From an uncultured Actinomycetota bacterium (GTDB lineage: Bacteria; Actinomycetota; Actinomycetes; JAHEKZ01): DNA of 64,000 bases. The notes beneath the pieces were generated by a model. The model was not told the origin of the DNA and did no database searches. It saw only the letters and a program-made list of their open reading frames with translations. Each line of letters starts with the position of its first letter. The stretch's first letter is position 1. The translations under genes and the position numbers were made by a program. Positions 1-9,328 of the stretch are shown here, in pieces. The DNA is taken from positions 20,656-84,655 of the forward strand of contig CAVPLY010000014.1 of the NCBI GenBank assembly GCA_963706045.1, given 5' to 3'.

Positions 1-1
1 T

Positions 2-1042
2 CAGAACAACGAGACGCCCTACTGGGTATTGATGTCGCTCGCGTTCTTCGCCGGCATCGGCGGCGGGGCGTTCAGCGGATTCATGCCCAGCACCTCGTAC
101 TTCTTCCCGCGTCGACTGCAGGGAACGGCTCTTGGACTGCAGGCCGGAATCGGCAACTTCGGTGTCAGCCTTGTCCAGTTCCTGACGCCCGTTGTCGTCG
201 GGGTCGGCATCGTCGGCACCTCGCAGGTGTTCACAGACCCAGCGACTGGCGATCAGAAGGACGTCTGGTACCAGAACGCGGCGCTCGTCTACCTGCCTCT
301 CGTCGTCATCGCGGCGATCTTGGCCTGGGTGTTGCTCAAGAGCGTTCCGGTCGTGGCCAACTTCCGTCAACAGATGGACATCTTCAGCAACCAGGACACC
401 TGGTGGATGACGTACCTCTACGTCATGACCTTTGGCACGTTCGCCGGGCTCAGCGCCCAGTTCGGATTGCTCCTCAAAAACCTCTACGGGGCGGGGAACA
501 CCGCCATCGTCGAGACACTTGGCGATGGATCGACGCAGCTCTTGGTCGAGGGATACAGCCTTCCGAACCCGATCAAGTACGTGTGGCTCGGCCCGTTGAT
601 CGGTGCCGGAGCACGTGTTGTCTTCAGCCCACTCACCGACAAGATGGGTGGAGCTGTGTGGACGCTCATCTCTGGGATCGGGCTGATCGGTTCGATCGGC
701 TTCACGCTGACCACGCTGTCGCCCGACCCGGCGGGTGGTGCGGTGGCTCTGCAGTCCGACTTCATGTCGTTCCTGTGGGGCATGCTGGCCATCTTCTTGT
801 TCGCCGGCATCGGCAACGCGTCCACCTTCAAGCAGATGCCGATGATCTTCGAGCGTCGCCAAGCCGGTGGAGTTCTCGGTTGGACGTCTGCCATTGCGGC
901 GTTCGGCCCGTTCTTCTTCGGCGCCATCCTGGCCGCCTCGGAGCCGAAGGTCTTCTTCGTGCTCGGACTGGCCTACGCCGCCGTCGGAGTCGTCATCACG
1001 TGGGTGCGCTACGCACGTCCGGGTGCCCCCAAACCCGGCTAG
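2..1042 (+). CDS. narK: MFS nitrate/nitrite transporter (NarK/NasA-like), 5' end outside window
   Basis: Frame open from nt 2 (no stop upstream of the listed 29..1042 ORF). Hydrophobic multi-TM translation with GGGAFSGFMPSTSYFFPRRLQGTALGLQAGIGNFGVSLVQ, which I recognise as the NarK/NasA-type MFS signature region. TAG stop 1040-1042. Confidence 0.7.
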   Translation, partial: QNNETPYWVLMSLAFFAGIGGGAFSGFMPSTSYFFPRRLQGTALGLQAGIGNFGVSLVQFLTPVVVGVGIVGTSQVFTDPATGDQKDVWYQNAALVYLPLVVIAAILAWVLLKSVPVVANFRQQMDIFSNQDTWWMTYLYVMTFGTFAGLSAQFGLLLKNLYGAGNTAIVETLGDGSTQLLVEGYSLPNPIKYVWLGPLIGAGARVVFSPLTDKMGGAVWTLISGIGLIGSIGFTLTTLSPDPAGGAVALQSDFMSFLWGMLAIFLFAGIGNASTFKQMPMIFERRQAGGVLGWTSAIAAFGPFFFGAILAASEPKVFFVLGLAYAAVGVVITWVRYARPGAPKPG

Positions 1043-1072
1043 GGGCCGGCGAGCCACGCCCCCCGCCCATTT

Positions 1073-1198
1073 GGGGCCATGTCACATGGGTTCGGTCACT
1101 ACGAACTTACGCCGTACCCATCGGTTGGAGGCGGCGGCTCTGTGGACGGATGGGTAGCCCTCTGGTTCGGTCATTCCTAACCGGTGTGACATGGCCCC
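1073..1198. repeat. Nested inverted-repeat element in convergent intergenic spacer
   Basis: 14-nt perfect IR GGGGCCATGTCACA (1073-1086) / TGTGACATGGCCCC (1185-1198). It encloses an inner IR TACCCATC (1115-1122) / GATGGGTA (1149-1156) and a direct repeat GGTTCGGTCA (1089-1098, 1164-1173). Lies between the stops of narK and copA. Confidence 0.6.
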
Positions 1199-1245
1199 AC
1201 AGGGGGAGGCGGTCAGGGGGGACGCGGTCAGGGCGGCAAGGGCGG

Positions 1246-3459
1246 TTAGGGGGTGTAGGCCTTCAGCCTGAGCGAGTTTCCCATCACGAAGAGGCTGGAC
1301 GCCGCCATGGCGAAGCCCGCGATGATCGGGTTCAGCAGACCGGCTGCGGCAAGCGGGATGGCAGCGACGTTGTAGGCGAATGCCCAGAACAAGTTGCCTT
1401 TGATCGTGGCCAGCACCCGCCGCGACAGCTTGATGGCATCGGGGGCGGCTCGTAGGTCGCCTCGCACCAGGGTCAGGTCGCTGGCCTGCATGGCGGCGTC
1501 AGTGCCCGTACCCATCGCCAGGCCCAGGTCGGCGGTGGCCAGTGCCGGGGCGTCGTTGACGCCGTCGCCCACCATGGCGACGACGCGACCCTCTGCCTGG
1601 AGCCGTCGGACTTCGTCGACCTTTCCCTCTGGCAGGACGTCAGACACCACGCGGTCGATCCCGACCTCGGCGGCAACCGCAGCGGCCGTCGTTGCATGGT
1701 CTCCGGTCAGCAGAACGGGCTCGAGGCCAAGTCGTCGAAGCTCGGCGACGGCCTCGGTGCTGGTCGGTTTGACGGTGTCGCTCACGGCGATGAAGCCACG
1801 CACCTCGCCGTCCCAGGCAACGACGGCGACGGTTCCGCCGCGAGCTTGCGCATCTGCGATACGCGACGACAGCGATGGTGGGAGCGACAGACTCCACTCC
1901 GACAGCCACGAGGGACGACCGACCACGACGGCGCGCCCTTCGACAACTCCGGTGACGCCCCGGCCGCCATGGTTGGCGAACCCTTCGACCGCGGCCAGCG
2001 AGCCCACTGACTCACGAGCATGCCGCGCGACGGCTTGAGCTACCGGATGCTCAGAGGCATCTTCGACGGCGCCCGCCATACGGAGGAGCTCGTCTGCGCC
2101 GGTGCCTTCCATCGGCACCACGTCGCCGACTGACATCTTGCCGGTCGTCACGGTGCCGGTCTTGTCGAGAACGATCGTGTCGACGCGTCGCGTGGACTCG
2201 AGAATCTCCGGGCCCCTGATGACGATTCCCAATTGGGCGCCGCGGCCGGTGCCGACCAAGAGGGCCGTGGGCGTGGCGAGTCCGAGAGCGCACGGGCAGG
2301 CAATGATCAGTACCGCCACTGACGCGGTGAATGCCTCGGTGGCCGAACCGCCCACGATGAACCAAGCAATCCAGGTGACTGCCGCTATGGCCATGACCAC
2401 TGGAACGAAAACGGCGGCCACTCGGTCGGCGAGGCGCTGAACAGGAGCCTTACCTGCTTGAGCCGCCGAGACCAACGCAGCCATCTGCGCCAGCTGAGTG
2501 TCCGAACCGATGCGCGTGGCACGGACGACGAGGCGCCCTCCGACGTTCACCGTGGCGCCGACCACTGCATCGTCGATCGCGACCTCGACGGGAACGCTCT
2601 CTCCGGTCAGCATGGCGGTGTCGACAGCTGACGAGCCCTCCGTCACCACGCCATCGGTGGCGATCTGTTCGCCGGGGCGCACGACGAAGAGGTCACCGAC
2701 GGCCAGGTCTTCAATGGGGACGCGAACCTCGGTGCCGTCCCGGAGCACGGCGACATCCTTGGCACCGAGACTGAGCAGAGCGCGGAGTGCTTCACCGGAC
2801 CGCTGTTTGGCCCGTCGTTCGAAGTAGCGGCCTGCCACGATGAAGACGGTGACCACTGAGGCCACCTCGAGGTAGATCTCTTCATTGCCAGAGGAGGTGA
2901 AGGTGACCTCCATCGTCATGCCCGGCATGCCCGCGTCGCCAAAGAAGAGGGCGTACACCGACCAGAGGTATGCGGCTCCGACGCCGACGCTGATGAGGGT
3001 GTCCATGGTGGCGGTGCCGTGGCGCAGATTGACCCATGCCGCGTGGTGGAACGGCCACGCCCCCCAGATGGCGACCGGGGAAGCAAGCGTGAGGGCCAGC
3101 CACTGCCAGTTGGTGAACTGCAACGGCGGAATCATCGACATCAGCAGGACCGGCAGGGCAAGAACGCTGGAGATGATCAGACGCTGACGCCACATCTGGG
3201 TCTCGGGATCAGCAGCTGCGTCGCCCTCGGTGGCCTCAGGCTCAGCCTCTGGCAAGGTGGCCGAGTAACCGAGCTTTTCTACAGTGGTGAGCAAGGCATC
3301 GGTGTCGACAGACGGGTCGGTGACACTCACATGGGCCGTCTCGGTGGCGTAGTTCACGGTGGCAGAGACCCCATCGAGCTTGTTCAGCTTCTTCTCGATC
3401 CGCGCCGCGCATGAGGCGCAGGTCATGCCCCCGATGGCGAGTTCAACGGGGTTGCTCAT
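1246..3459 (-). CDS. copA: Copper-translocating P1B-type ATPase
   Basis: 737-aa ORF with N-terminal HMA domain [15 protein letters not shown] metal site ([13 protein letters not shown]), DKTGT phosphorylation site (VLDKTGTVT) and GDGVNDAP hinge. Start ATG overlaps the copZ stop (ATGA, 3456-3459). Confidence 0.9.
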   Translation of the reverse strand: MSNPVELAIGGMTCASCAARIEKKLNKLDGVSATVNYATETAHVSVTDPSVDTDALLTTVEKLGYSATLPEAEPEATEGDAAADPETQMWRQRLIISSVLALPVLLMSMIPPLQFTNWQWLALTLASPVAIWGAWPFHHAAWVNLRHGTATMDTLISVGVGAAYLWSVYALFFGDAGMPGMTMEVTFTSSGNEEIYLEVASVVTVFIVAGRYFERRAKQRSGEALRALLSLGAKDVAVLRDGTEVRVPIEDLAVGDLFVVRPGEQIATDGVVTEGSSAVDTAMLTGESVPVEVAIDDAVVGATVNVGGRLVVRATRIGSDTQLAQMAALVSAAQAGKAPVQRLADRVAAVFVPVVMAIAAVTWIAWFIVGGSATEAFTASVAVLIIACPCALGLATPTALLVGTGRGAQLGIVIRGPEILESTRRVDTIVLDKTGTVTTGKMSVGDVVPMEGTGADELLRMAGAVEDASEHPVAQAVARHARESVGSLAAVEGFANHGGRGVTGVVEGRAVVVGRPSWLSEWSLSLPPSLSSRIADAQARGGTVAVVAWDGEVRGFIAVSDTVKPTSTEAVAELRRLGLEPVLLTGDHATTAAAVAAEVGIDRVVSDVLPEGKVDEVRRLQAEGRVVAMVGDGVNDAPALATADLGLAMGTGTDAAMQASDLTLVRGDLRAAPDAIKLSRRVLATIKGNLFWAFAYNVAAIPLAAAGLLNPIIAGFAMAASSLFVMGNSLRLKAYTP

Positions 3460-3665
3460 GGCGCGAGGGCGTATCCGGCTTCATCGACGGCGGCGGCAAC
3501 GGCCTGCTCGGTGATTGGCGCGGCGCTGACGACCGTGACGGCACCGCTGGCCAGTTCGACGTCGACCGTCTCGACGCCATCGATCGCCCCGATCTCGTCA
3601 GTGACAGCCTGGACGCAGTGGCCGCAGGTCATTCCTGTGACGGTGTACGTGGCTGTGGCAGACAT
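3456..3665 (-). CDS. copZ: Copper chaperone CopZ (HMA domain)
   Basis: Internal ATG at 3665 preceded by GAGGAG. 69-aa HMA fold with GMTCGHC metal-binding motif, translationally coupled to copA. The listed 86-aa ORF start (3716) is an upstream extension. Confidence 0.85.
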   Translation of the reverse strand: MSATATYTVTGMTCGHCVQAVTDEIGAIDGVETVDVELASGAVTVVSAAPITEQAVAAAVDEAGYALAP

Positions 3666-3732
3666 GCTTCTCCTCGCGGTACGTCGAGCGGGCACCGAGG
3701 GACATGTCGGGCCCACAGGGGATAACCAGAGC

Positions 3733-4112
3733 CTAGGCCTCGGTGTTCCCCCAGGCTCGCACGATGTCGCGCATCGAGATGATCCCAGCGACCTCGCTGC
3801 CCTCGACGACCACCAGGTGCCGGAATCCGCCCCGCTTCATGGCTTCGGTGGCCTCCGAAAGGCTCCAGGAGGGCGCCCCGTAGGCCGAGTCGGTCGTCAG
3901 GTGGTCTGCAGCATTGGACGTGTCGAGGTCGATCCCGCTCGCCACGGCGCTCACGATGTCGCGTTCGGTGAGGATCCCAGGGGCTCCCGCCTCGGTGTCG
4001 TGCACGATCACGGACCCGATCTTTCGTCTGCCATCACCTGACTTGCTGCGCGAAGCGAGTGGGAAGGGCCGATTGTGACCACATCGGTCGTCATGGCGTC
4101 TGAGACGAGCAC
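3733..4112 (-). pseudogene. CBS-pair domain protein, reading frame broken once (~4025-4030)
   Basis: The listed ORF 3733..4185 reads IGSVIVHDTEAGAPGILTERDIV ... GFRHLVVVEGSEVAGIISMRDIV (CBS motifs). The first CBS half (MLVSDAMTTDVVTIGPSHSLRAASQVMADE) is in another frame, starting at GTG 4112 behind GGAGG. The frames meet at an AAA/TTT run near 4025-4030. Confidence 0.6.
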
Positions 4113-4217
4113 CGTGCACCTCCAGGGGTTGTCCTTCCATGATCGACGCCTTGCTGGTCCGAGGGCAATGGTTGTGCGGGGTCATCTCGTCAGCAGAGGC
4201 GCTGTCAGACTAGGCAG

Positions 4218-4980
4218 GTGACCGAATGGCGTACCCCCTTGATCGTGCTGGCCTGGATTCCGGTCACGCTGGGTCTTGATCATGGGGCGTCCCTGCTGCA
4301 GCAGTACCTGCTAGGTCTGATGACCTGGATTCTGCTCGTGTGGTTGCTGCGTCGCGAGAACAATCTGGTGCGCATGCAGACTGCCGTGGTCATCGTCTTC
4401 GCCACCCTGGTCGAGTACACGTTCTCGCCATGGCTCGAGGTGTACACGTACCGCTTCGACAATGTGCCCGCATTCGTGCCGCCTGGGCACGGGCTCGTCT
4501 ACCTGGCGGCGCTGTGCATGGGCCGTTCGTCGTTCTTCCGCATGCACTCGCGCTCACTCGTCACTGGTGACGGTTGTTCTGGGTGGTCTCTATGCGCTGT
4601 GGGGTGTGAGCCCGCTGGCGCCCCGCCCAGACGTCCTCGGGCTGTTCTGGTACGGCTGCCTGCTGGGGTTTCTTGCCTTCGGCCGTTCACGCTTGCTGTA
4701 CGTGGGTGCCTTCGTCGTTGTGACCTACCTCGAGTGGATTGGGACCTGGGTAGGGACGTGGACGTGGCAGCCGTACGACCCGACCGGCTTGGTGAGCATG
4801 GGCAACCCGCCCAGCGGTGCGGCCGGCGGCTACGGGTGGTTCGACCTCGCCGCCATCACGATCGCTCCGATGATCGTGGCGCGGTGGAGCCGGCTCAGGT
4901 CACGAGGTCGCGAACTGCCCCAGGAGGTCGGCGTGGAGCAGTCCGTTGGACGAGACCGCATTGCCACCGACCATCGGTGA
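4218..4980 (+). pseudogene. Polytopic membrane protein of unknown function, frame broken once (~4555-4570)
   Basis: The 4218 frame gives TM-rich MTEWRTPLIVLAWIPVTLG...FFRMHSRSLVT and then turns Arg-rich. Hydrophobic sequence continues in the 4462 frame (SLVTVVLGGLYALWGV...WIGTWVGTW). Both frames read SLVT at 4552-4570. No family recognised. The 3' end overlaps hisN by 81 nt and is uncertain. Confidence 0.5.
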
Positions 4981-5751
4981 GGTCCCGTCGAGCGCTGTGA
5001 TGGCCCCCCCGGCCTCCTCCACGATCGGTACGAGGGCGGCCATGTCCCAGACGCTGAGCTCCGGTTCGAGTGCGGCGTCGACCGATCCCTCAGCCACCAT
5101 CATGTGCGACCAGAAGTCGCCATATGCCCGGGAGCGCCAGGCAGAGCGAAGGACGCGGTCAAAGCGCGCCCGCCGATCGTCGGTGTCCCATGCCGGGTCT
5201 CCCCACTCGGAGTACCCCAGCGAGGCGTCACTCACGTCGCTGACACCGGACACATGCAGTTGGACGGGAGCGCCGGTGGTCCTGAGCCAGGCGCCGCCCC
5301 CTCGGGTGGCCCACCAGCGGCGGCCGATCGCTGGGGCGCTCACGACGCCCACAGCGATGTGACCGGTGTCGGTAGCTGGCAGCTCTGTGGCGAGAGCGAT
5401 CAGAGTGGCCCAGACAGGCACGCCTCGCACGTAGTTCTTCGTGCCGTCGATCGGATCGATGATCCAGTGCCGCGACGCTGTCCCCGATGCTGGGCGTGAC
5501 GTCCCGAACTCCTCGCCGATCACGGCATCGTCAGGGCGTTCGGCGGCGATCAGGCCTCGAAGCGCCTCCTCGGCCGCCTGATCTGCGTCGCTGACGGGGG
5601 TGAGGTCGGGCTTGGTGTCGACGCGAAGGTCAAGAGCGCCAAAGCGCTGCATCGTGACGGCATCAGCAGCATCGGCGAGACGAAGGGCGAAGGCAAGGTC
5701 GTCGGTCACGGCGAGCAGGCTATCGACTCGTTTCGACCACGCCGCGAGCAT
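4900..5751 (-). CDS. hisN: Inositol-monophosphatase-family histidinol-phosphatase
   Basis: IMPase-family motifs (GEEFG, WIIDPIDGTKNY) plus DLAFALRLADAADAVTMQRFGALDLRVDTKPDLTPVSDAD, typical of actinobacterial HisN. Start moved to ATG 5751 (MLAAWSK) because the longer listed ORF runs into the divergent gene. Confidence 0.7.
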   Translation of the reverse strand: MLAAWSKRVDSLLAVTDDLAFALRLADAADAVTMQRFGALDLRVDTKPDLTPVSDADQAAEEALRGLIAAERPDDAVIGEEFGTSRPASGTASRHWIIDPIDGTKNYVRGVPVWATLIALATELPATDTGHIAVGVVSAPAIGRRWWATRGGGAWLRTTGAPVQLHVSGVSDVSDASLGYSEWGDPAWDTDDRRARFDRVLRSAWRSRAYGDFWSHMMVAEGSVDAALEPELSVWDMAALVPIVEEAGGAITALDGTSPMVGGNAVSSNGLLHADLLGQFATS

Positions 5752-5790
5752 CCTTGGGGCTACCCTGCGCGGGGGTGGGAAGGAGGTCAC

Positions 5791-6261
5791 GTGCCAGAGA
5801 CGGTCTTCGGCCTTCCGGTGCATCCGTTGGTAGTACATGGTGCCATCGTTCTCGTGCCGATCGCGGCGTTGCTCGCGGTCATCATTTCGGTGAGCCAGGA
5901 GCGCAGGGCACGGTGGGGTGTTCTGACGTGGATGCTGGCCACAGCTGCGTGGGCCGCCACCATCGCCGCAAAGTTCTCGGGCGAGAACCTCCAGTCATCG
6001 CTCTATCCGGACGTCAGGCCCCTGGCCACTGCTCAGCACGCCGACTATGGCTCGTCGTCAGTGTGGTTCGGGCTCGCACTCTGGTTGTCCGTCTCGGCGG
6101 TGCTGCTCCTCGACCTCGACCGTCGCCGAAGGGACGGGTTCGGTAGTCCGCTGTTGCCGACCATGGTGGCGGTCATCACGATCGTTGCTGCCATGGCGGG
6201 TACCGGTCAGGTGCTGTTGACGGCCTGGACCGGAGCGAGCGCCCGGTGGGGCCTGGGCTGA
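5791..6261 (+). CDS. DUF2231-like integral membrane protein
   Basis: 156 aa with about 4 hydrophobic helices. N-terminal GLPVHPLVVHGAIVLVPIAAL (HP..VH) motif, which I associate with DUF2231-type membrane proteins. Confidence 0.6.
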   Translation: MPETVFGLPVHPLVVHGAIVLVPIAALLAVIISVSQERRARWGVLTWMLATAAWAATIAAKFSGENLQSSLYPDVRPLATAQHADYGSSSVWFGLALWLSVSAVLLLDLDRRRRDGFGSPLLPTMVAVITIVAAMAGTGQVLLTAWTGASARWGLG

Positions 6262-6340
6262 GGTAAGTCGCGGGTTGACACCGCGCAAGAGATACCCGGG
6301 GGTGCTTGCTCGGCAGGCGATTGGCTGGCTCAATGTGCCT

Positions 6341-6794
6341 ATGCCAGAGACCGTCGGGGGAATCCCGCTGCATCCACTCGTCGTGCACGCAGTAGTCGTG
6401 CTGCTACCTCTTGCTGCCCTTGGTGTGATCGCCATTGCGCTCGTGCCGAAATGGCGTACCCGTTTCGGCATCCTCGTCGTGGCTGCGGCCGCGGTCACCT
6501 TGGCGTGTCGTTCCGATTGCCACCTCCACCGGGGAGGAACTCCAAGAGACGGTGCCGGCAAGCAGCCGGCTGGACGATCATGTCGAGTTCGGCAATGGGG
6601 TGATCTTCTGGGCAGTGCCGTTGCTGGTGCTGTCAGTTGCCCTTTGGTGGTTCGGGCGCCGTGAACAGGCCGGATCGCCGGTGCCCCGTTGGCTGAACGT
6701 GCTGGTGACCGTCGCGGCCGTCGTCGTTTCCCTTGGCTCCATGGTCCTGATAGTGCTGGTGGGTCACTCTGGAGCCAATTCGGTCTGGGGCTAG
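6341..6794 (+). pseudogene. Second DUF2231-like membrane protein (tandem paralog), frame broken once (~6500-6510)
   Basis: ATG 6341 gives MPETVGGIPLHPLVVHAVVVLLPLAAL, parallel to the upstream gene. After ...AAAAVTLA the paralogous sequence (VVPIATSTGEELQETV...VLIVLVGHSGANSVWG) continues in the 6435 frame. Confidence 0.55.
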
Positions 6795-7805
6795 CTAGTA
6801 CGTAGCCGTCGTGTCGCTGCGGCTCGCCAGCAAGCGGCGCAGCGAGACCAGCCGTGCCGGATCTGCTCCACCGCGTTCGACGAACGCATCAAGGGCACAC
6901 TCCTGCCCTTCACCGGCCTCGTGTGTGCAACCCCGAGGACAGTCGCGGCTGCCCTCCTCGAGGTCAGGAAATGCACGCATGAATCGCTTCAGATCGACGT
7001 GGGCCAGGCCAAATGACCGAATGCCTGGCGTGTCCACGACCCACCCACGTCTCTTCAGTGGGAAAGCGACCGCTGAGGTCGAGGTATGGCGTCCTCGTCC
7101 GGTGACGGCGTTGACGACCCCGATCGCGCGGAACGCCTCGGGAACCAGAGCGTTGACGAGCGTTGACTTACCCACGCCTGAGTGCCCGAGCAGAACCGTC
7201 GTGCGACCGTCGAGTAGCTCGTGCAGTGGATCGAGCCGATCGCCCTTTGCTCGCGTGTGGATATCGATGTCGAGTGGCGCATAGCGCTCGATGAGTGCGC
7301 GAGGGCTCGCCAGGTCGGTCTTGGTGATGATGACGATCGGGCGCAGCCCACCATCGAACGCCGCGATCAGTGCTCGGTCGATGAGACGCGGGCGTGGCTC
7401 GGGGTCGGCAGCCGCCACGACGATGGCCAGCTGCTCGGCATTGGCCACGACGACGCGTTCAACATCGTCGTTGTCGTCAGCCGATCGTCGAAGCACGGTG
7501 GCGCGGGGCTGCCGTCGGACGATGCGCGCCAACGCGTCGCCGCCACCTGAAAGGTCGCCCACCAGGTCGACTCGATCACCGACCACGACGCCCTTGCGTC
7601 CGATTTCGCGGGCCTTGACGGCGTAGACGAGGCGATCGGGGTCATCGTCCAGGACTGCGGTGAAACGACCGCGATCGACGGCCGTCACCATGGCTTCAGA
7701 GGCCTCGACGTGCTCAGGGCGAAGCTTGCTGCGGGCGCGCGACTTTCCCTTGCCGGGGCGCACCCGCACGTCGTCTTCGTCGAGATGGTCGTGGCGTTGG
7801 CTCAC
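6795..7805 (-). CDS. rsgA: Ribosome small-subunit-dependent GTPase A
   Basis: 336 aa with an OB-like N-terminus and circularly permuted GTPase motifs ITKTDL (G4), LLGHSGVGKSTLVNAL (G1) and DTPG (G3). C-terminal Cys cluster CPRGCTH...C. GTG start at 7805. Confidence 0.85.
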   Translation of the reverse strand: MSQRHDHLDEDDVRVRPGKGKSRARSKLRPEHVEASEAMVTAVDRGRFTAVLDDDPDRLVYAVKAREIGRKGVVVGDRVDLVGDLSGGGDALARIVRRQPRATVLRRSADDNDDVERVVVANAEQLAIVVAAADPEPRPRLIDRALIAAFDGGLRPIVIITKTDLASPRALIERYAPLDIDIHTRAKGDRLDPLHELLDGRTTVLLGHSGVGKSTLVNALVPEAFRAIGVVNAVTGRGRHTSTSAVAFPLKRRGWVVDTPGIRSFGLAHVDLKRFMRAFPDLEEGSRDCPRGCTHEAGEGQECALDAFVERGGADPARLVSLRRLLASRSDTTATY

Positions 7806-7828
7806 CGGCTCAGCCTAGGGTGCGTGCT

Positions 7829-8641
7829 ATGTGCGGACGCTATGCCTCGGCCCAGGACCCCGACGCGTTGGTTGAGGAGTTCGAGGTCGAGGAGTCGTTG
7901 GTCGACAAGCCCTTGCACGCCGACTACAACGTGGCCCCCACCAAGCGGGTGTACGCGGTCCTCTCGCGGCACGCCGATGCTGCACCCGAGGACTCGCCTT
8001 CCGAGCGCCAGCTACGCATCGTGCGTTGGGGGCTGGTTCCGTCGTGGGCGAAAGACCCGTCGATCGGCTCGCGCATGATCAATGCCCGGTCAGAGACCGT
8101 GGCCGAGAAGCCGGCCTTCCGCAGAGCCTTCGTCAAGCGTCGTTGTCTGCTGCCGGCGGACGGCTACTACGAGTGGTACACGCCCACCGGTGAGAACGCC
8201 CCGCTGACGTCGCGCGGCAAGCCGGTGAAGCAGCCCTTCTACATCCATCGAGCCGATGGCGGAAGCTTGGCCATGGCTGGTCTCTACGAGTGGTGGTACG
8301 ACAAGACCAAGGAACGCGACGACCCGGATGCGTGGCTCTTGACCGGAACCATCATCACGACATCAGCCACTGACGCCGTCGGACGGATTCACGACCGCAT
8401 GCCCGTGGTCATCGGCCGTGCAGACTGGGGGCAGTGGCTCGATCCCACGGTCGTCGATCGCTCGGTGGTGGAGCCGTTGATGGAACCTGCACAGAGCTCG
8501 CCGCTCTCTGCGTACCCCGTGTCGATCCGGGTCAACAGCGTGCGCAACAACGGACCAGAGCTGATCGAGCCGCTCCCGCTGGAGGAGACCGTGGCGGGTT
8601 CGGTGGGCGACGACGGGTTCTGGCCTCCGGCCACTCCGTGA
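7829..8641 (+). CDS. SOS-response-associated peptidase (SRAP/YedK family)
   Basis: ATG 7829 gives MCGRY (Cys2 nucleophile), plus RWGLVPSWAKD and ADGYYEW motifs of the SRAP/YedK/HMCES family. The listed ORF starts 9 nt upstream at an alternative codon. Confidence 0.85.
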   Translation: MCGRYASAQDPDALVEEFEVEESLVDKPLHADYNVAPTKRVYAVLSRHADAAPEDSPSERQLRIVRWGLVPSWAKDPSIGSRMINARSETVAEKPAFRRAFVKRRCLLPADGYYEWYTPTGENAPLTSRGKPVKQPFYIHRADGGSLAMAGLYEWWYDKTKERDDPDAWLLTGTIITTSATDAVGRIHDRMPVVIGRADWGQWLDPTVVDRSVVEPLMEPAQSSPLSAYPVSIRVNSVRNNGPELIEPLPLEETVAGSVGDDGFWPPATP

Positions 8642-9321
8642 CCGAGGTCATCGAGACGTCGACCAGCTACGGCCTCGGCCGATGGCATGTCGACCGGCCG
8701 GAGCAGAGGCCGCGTGCCGTGCTGGCGCTGGGGCACGGCGCCGGCGGCGGAGTCGAGGCGGCTGACCTGATGGTGGTGGCGTCAACGCTGTCGGCGGCTG
8801 GTGTGGTGGTGGCCCGCTTCGAGCAGCCATGGCGGGTTGCCGGACGCCGGATTGCGCCGGCCGGCCCACAGTTGGACACCGCGTGGTGCGAGGCGGTGGC
8901 GTCAGAGTCGGCGCCCGGAAAGGGGTCGCTGCCCCTGCTCGTAGGCGGGCGCAGCGCGGGGGCCAGGGTGGCCTGTCGCACGGCGGTCGCCCTGGGCGCG
9001 GTTGGCGTGGTCGCGCTCGCCTTCCCCCTTCACCCGCCGGGCCGACCCGACCGATCGAGGGCTGGTGAGCTACCCAGGCTGCCTGTTCTCGTGGTGCAGG
9101 GTGACCGTGACGCCTTTGGCAGTGCCGACCAGATCAGGGCTTCCGCGGCGAGCACCAGGGGGCTCACAACGGTTGGTGTGCCAGGTGGGGACCACGCCCT
9201 GCGGGTCTTGCGGGCTGGGCCCCTCACGCAGGCCGAGGCGGACGAGGTCGTGGGTCTGGCGGTGCAGCGCTGGGTGCTTGCACTCGTGCGCGGGAATCTT
9301 CGGCGATCCCCACGACGTTGA
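8638..9321 (+). CDS. Alpha/beta-fold hydrolase (predicted)
   Basis: GTG 8638 overlaps the upstream stop (GTGA). 227 aa with a G-R-S-A-G nucleophile elbow, [10 protein letters not shown] and GGDHAL (Ser-Asp-His order). Confidence 0.6.
   Translation: MTEVIETSTSYGLGRWHVDRPEQRPRAVLALGHGAGGGVEAADLMVVASTLSAAGVVVARFEQPWRVAGRRIAPAGPQLDTAWCEAVASESAPGKGSLPLLVGGRSAGARVACRTAVALGAVGVVALAFPLHPPGRPDRSRAGELPRLPVLVVQGDRDAFGSADQIRASAASTRGLTTVGVPGGDHALRVLRAGPLTQAEADEVVGLAVQRWVLALVRGNLRRSPRR
9293..9319 (+). promoter_or_regulatory. Candidate SigH/SigR-type autoregulated promoter (GGAAT-N19-GTT)
   Basis: GGAAT (9293-9297) and GTT (9317-9319) are separated by 19 nt. GTT ends 9 nt before the sigH ATG. Resembles the GGAAT-N18-GTT consensus, with a spacer one nt longer. 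Confidence 0.4.
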
Positions 9322-9328
9322 GGCAACC

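Noticed and set aside
403-1455. 350-aa plus-strand ORF overlapping narK and the spacer (and similar ORFs at 192..410, 484..927, 867..1157)
   Set aside because: Arg/Gly/Pro-rich off-frame translation typical of high-GC shadow ORFs. It overlaps a well-supported MFS gene in another frame.
3666-3732. Possible CsoR-type operator (ATCCCCTGTGGG) upstream of copZ
   Set aside because: Only a short imperfect C4-N3-G3 palindrome. There is no csoR/copY gene in the window and I cannot match a defined consensus.
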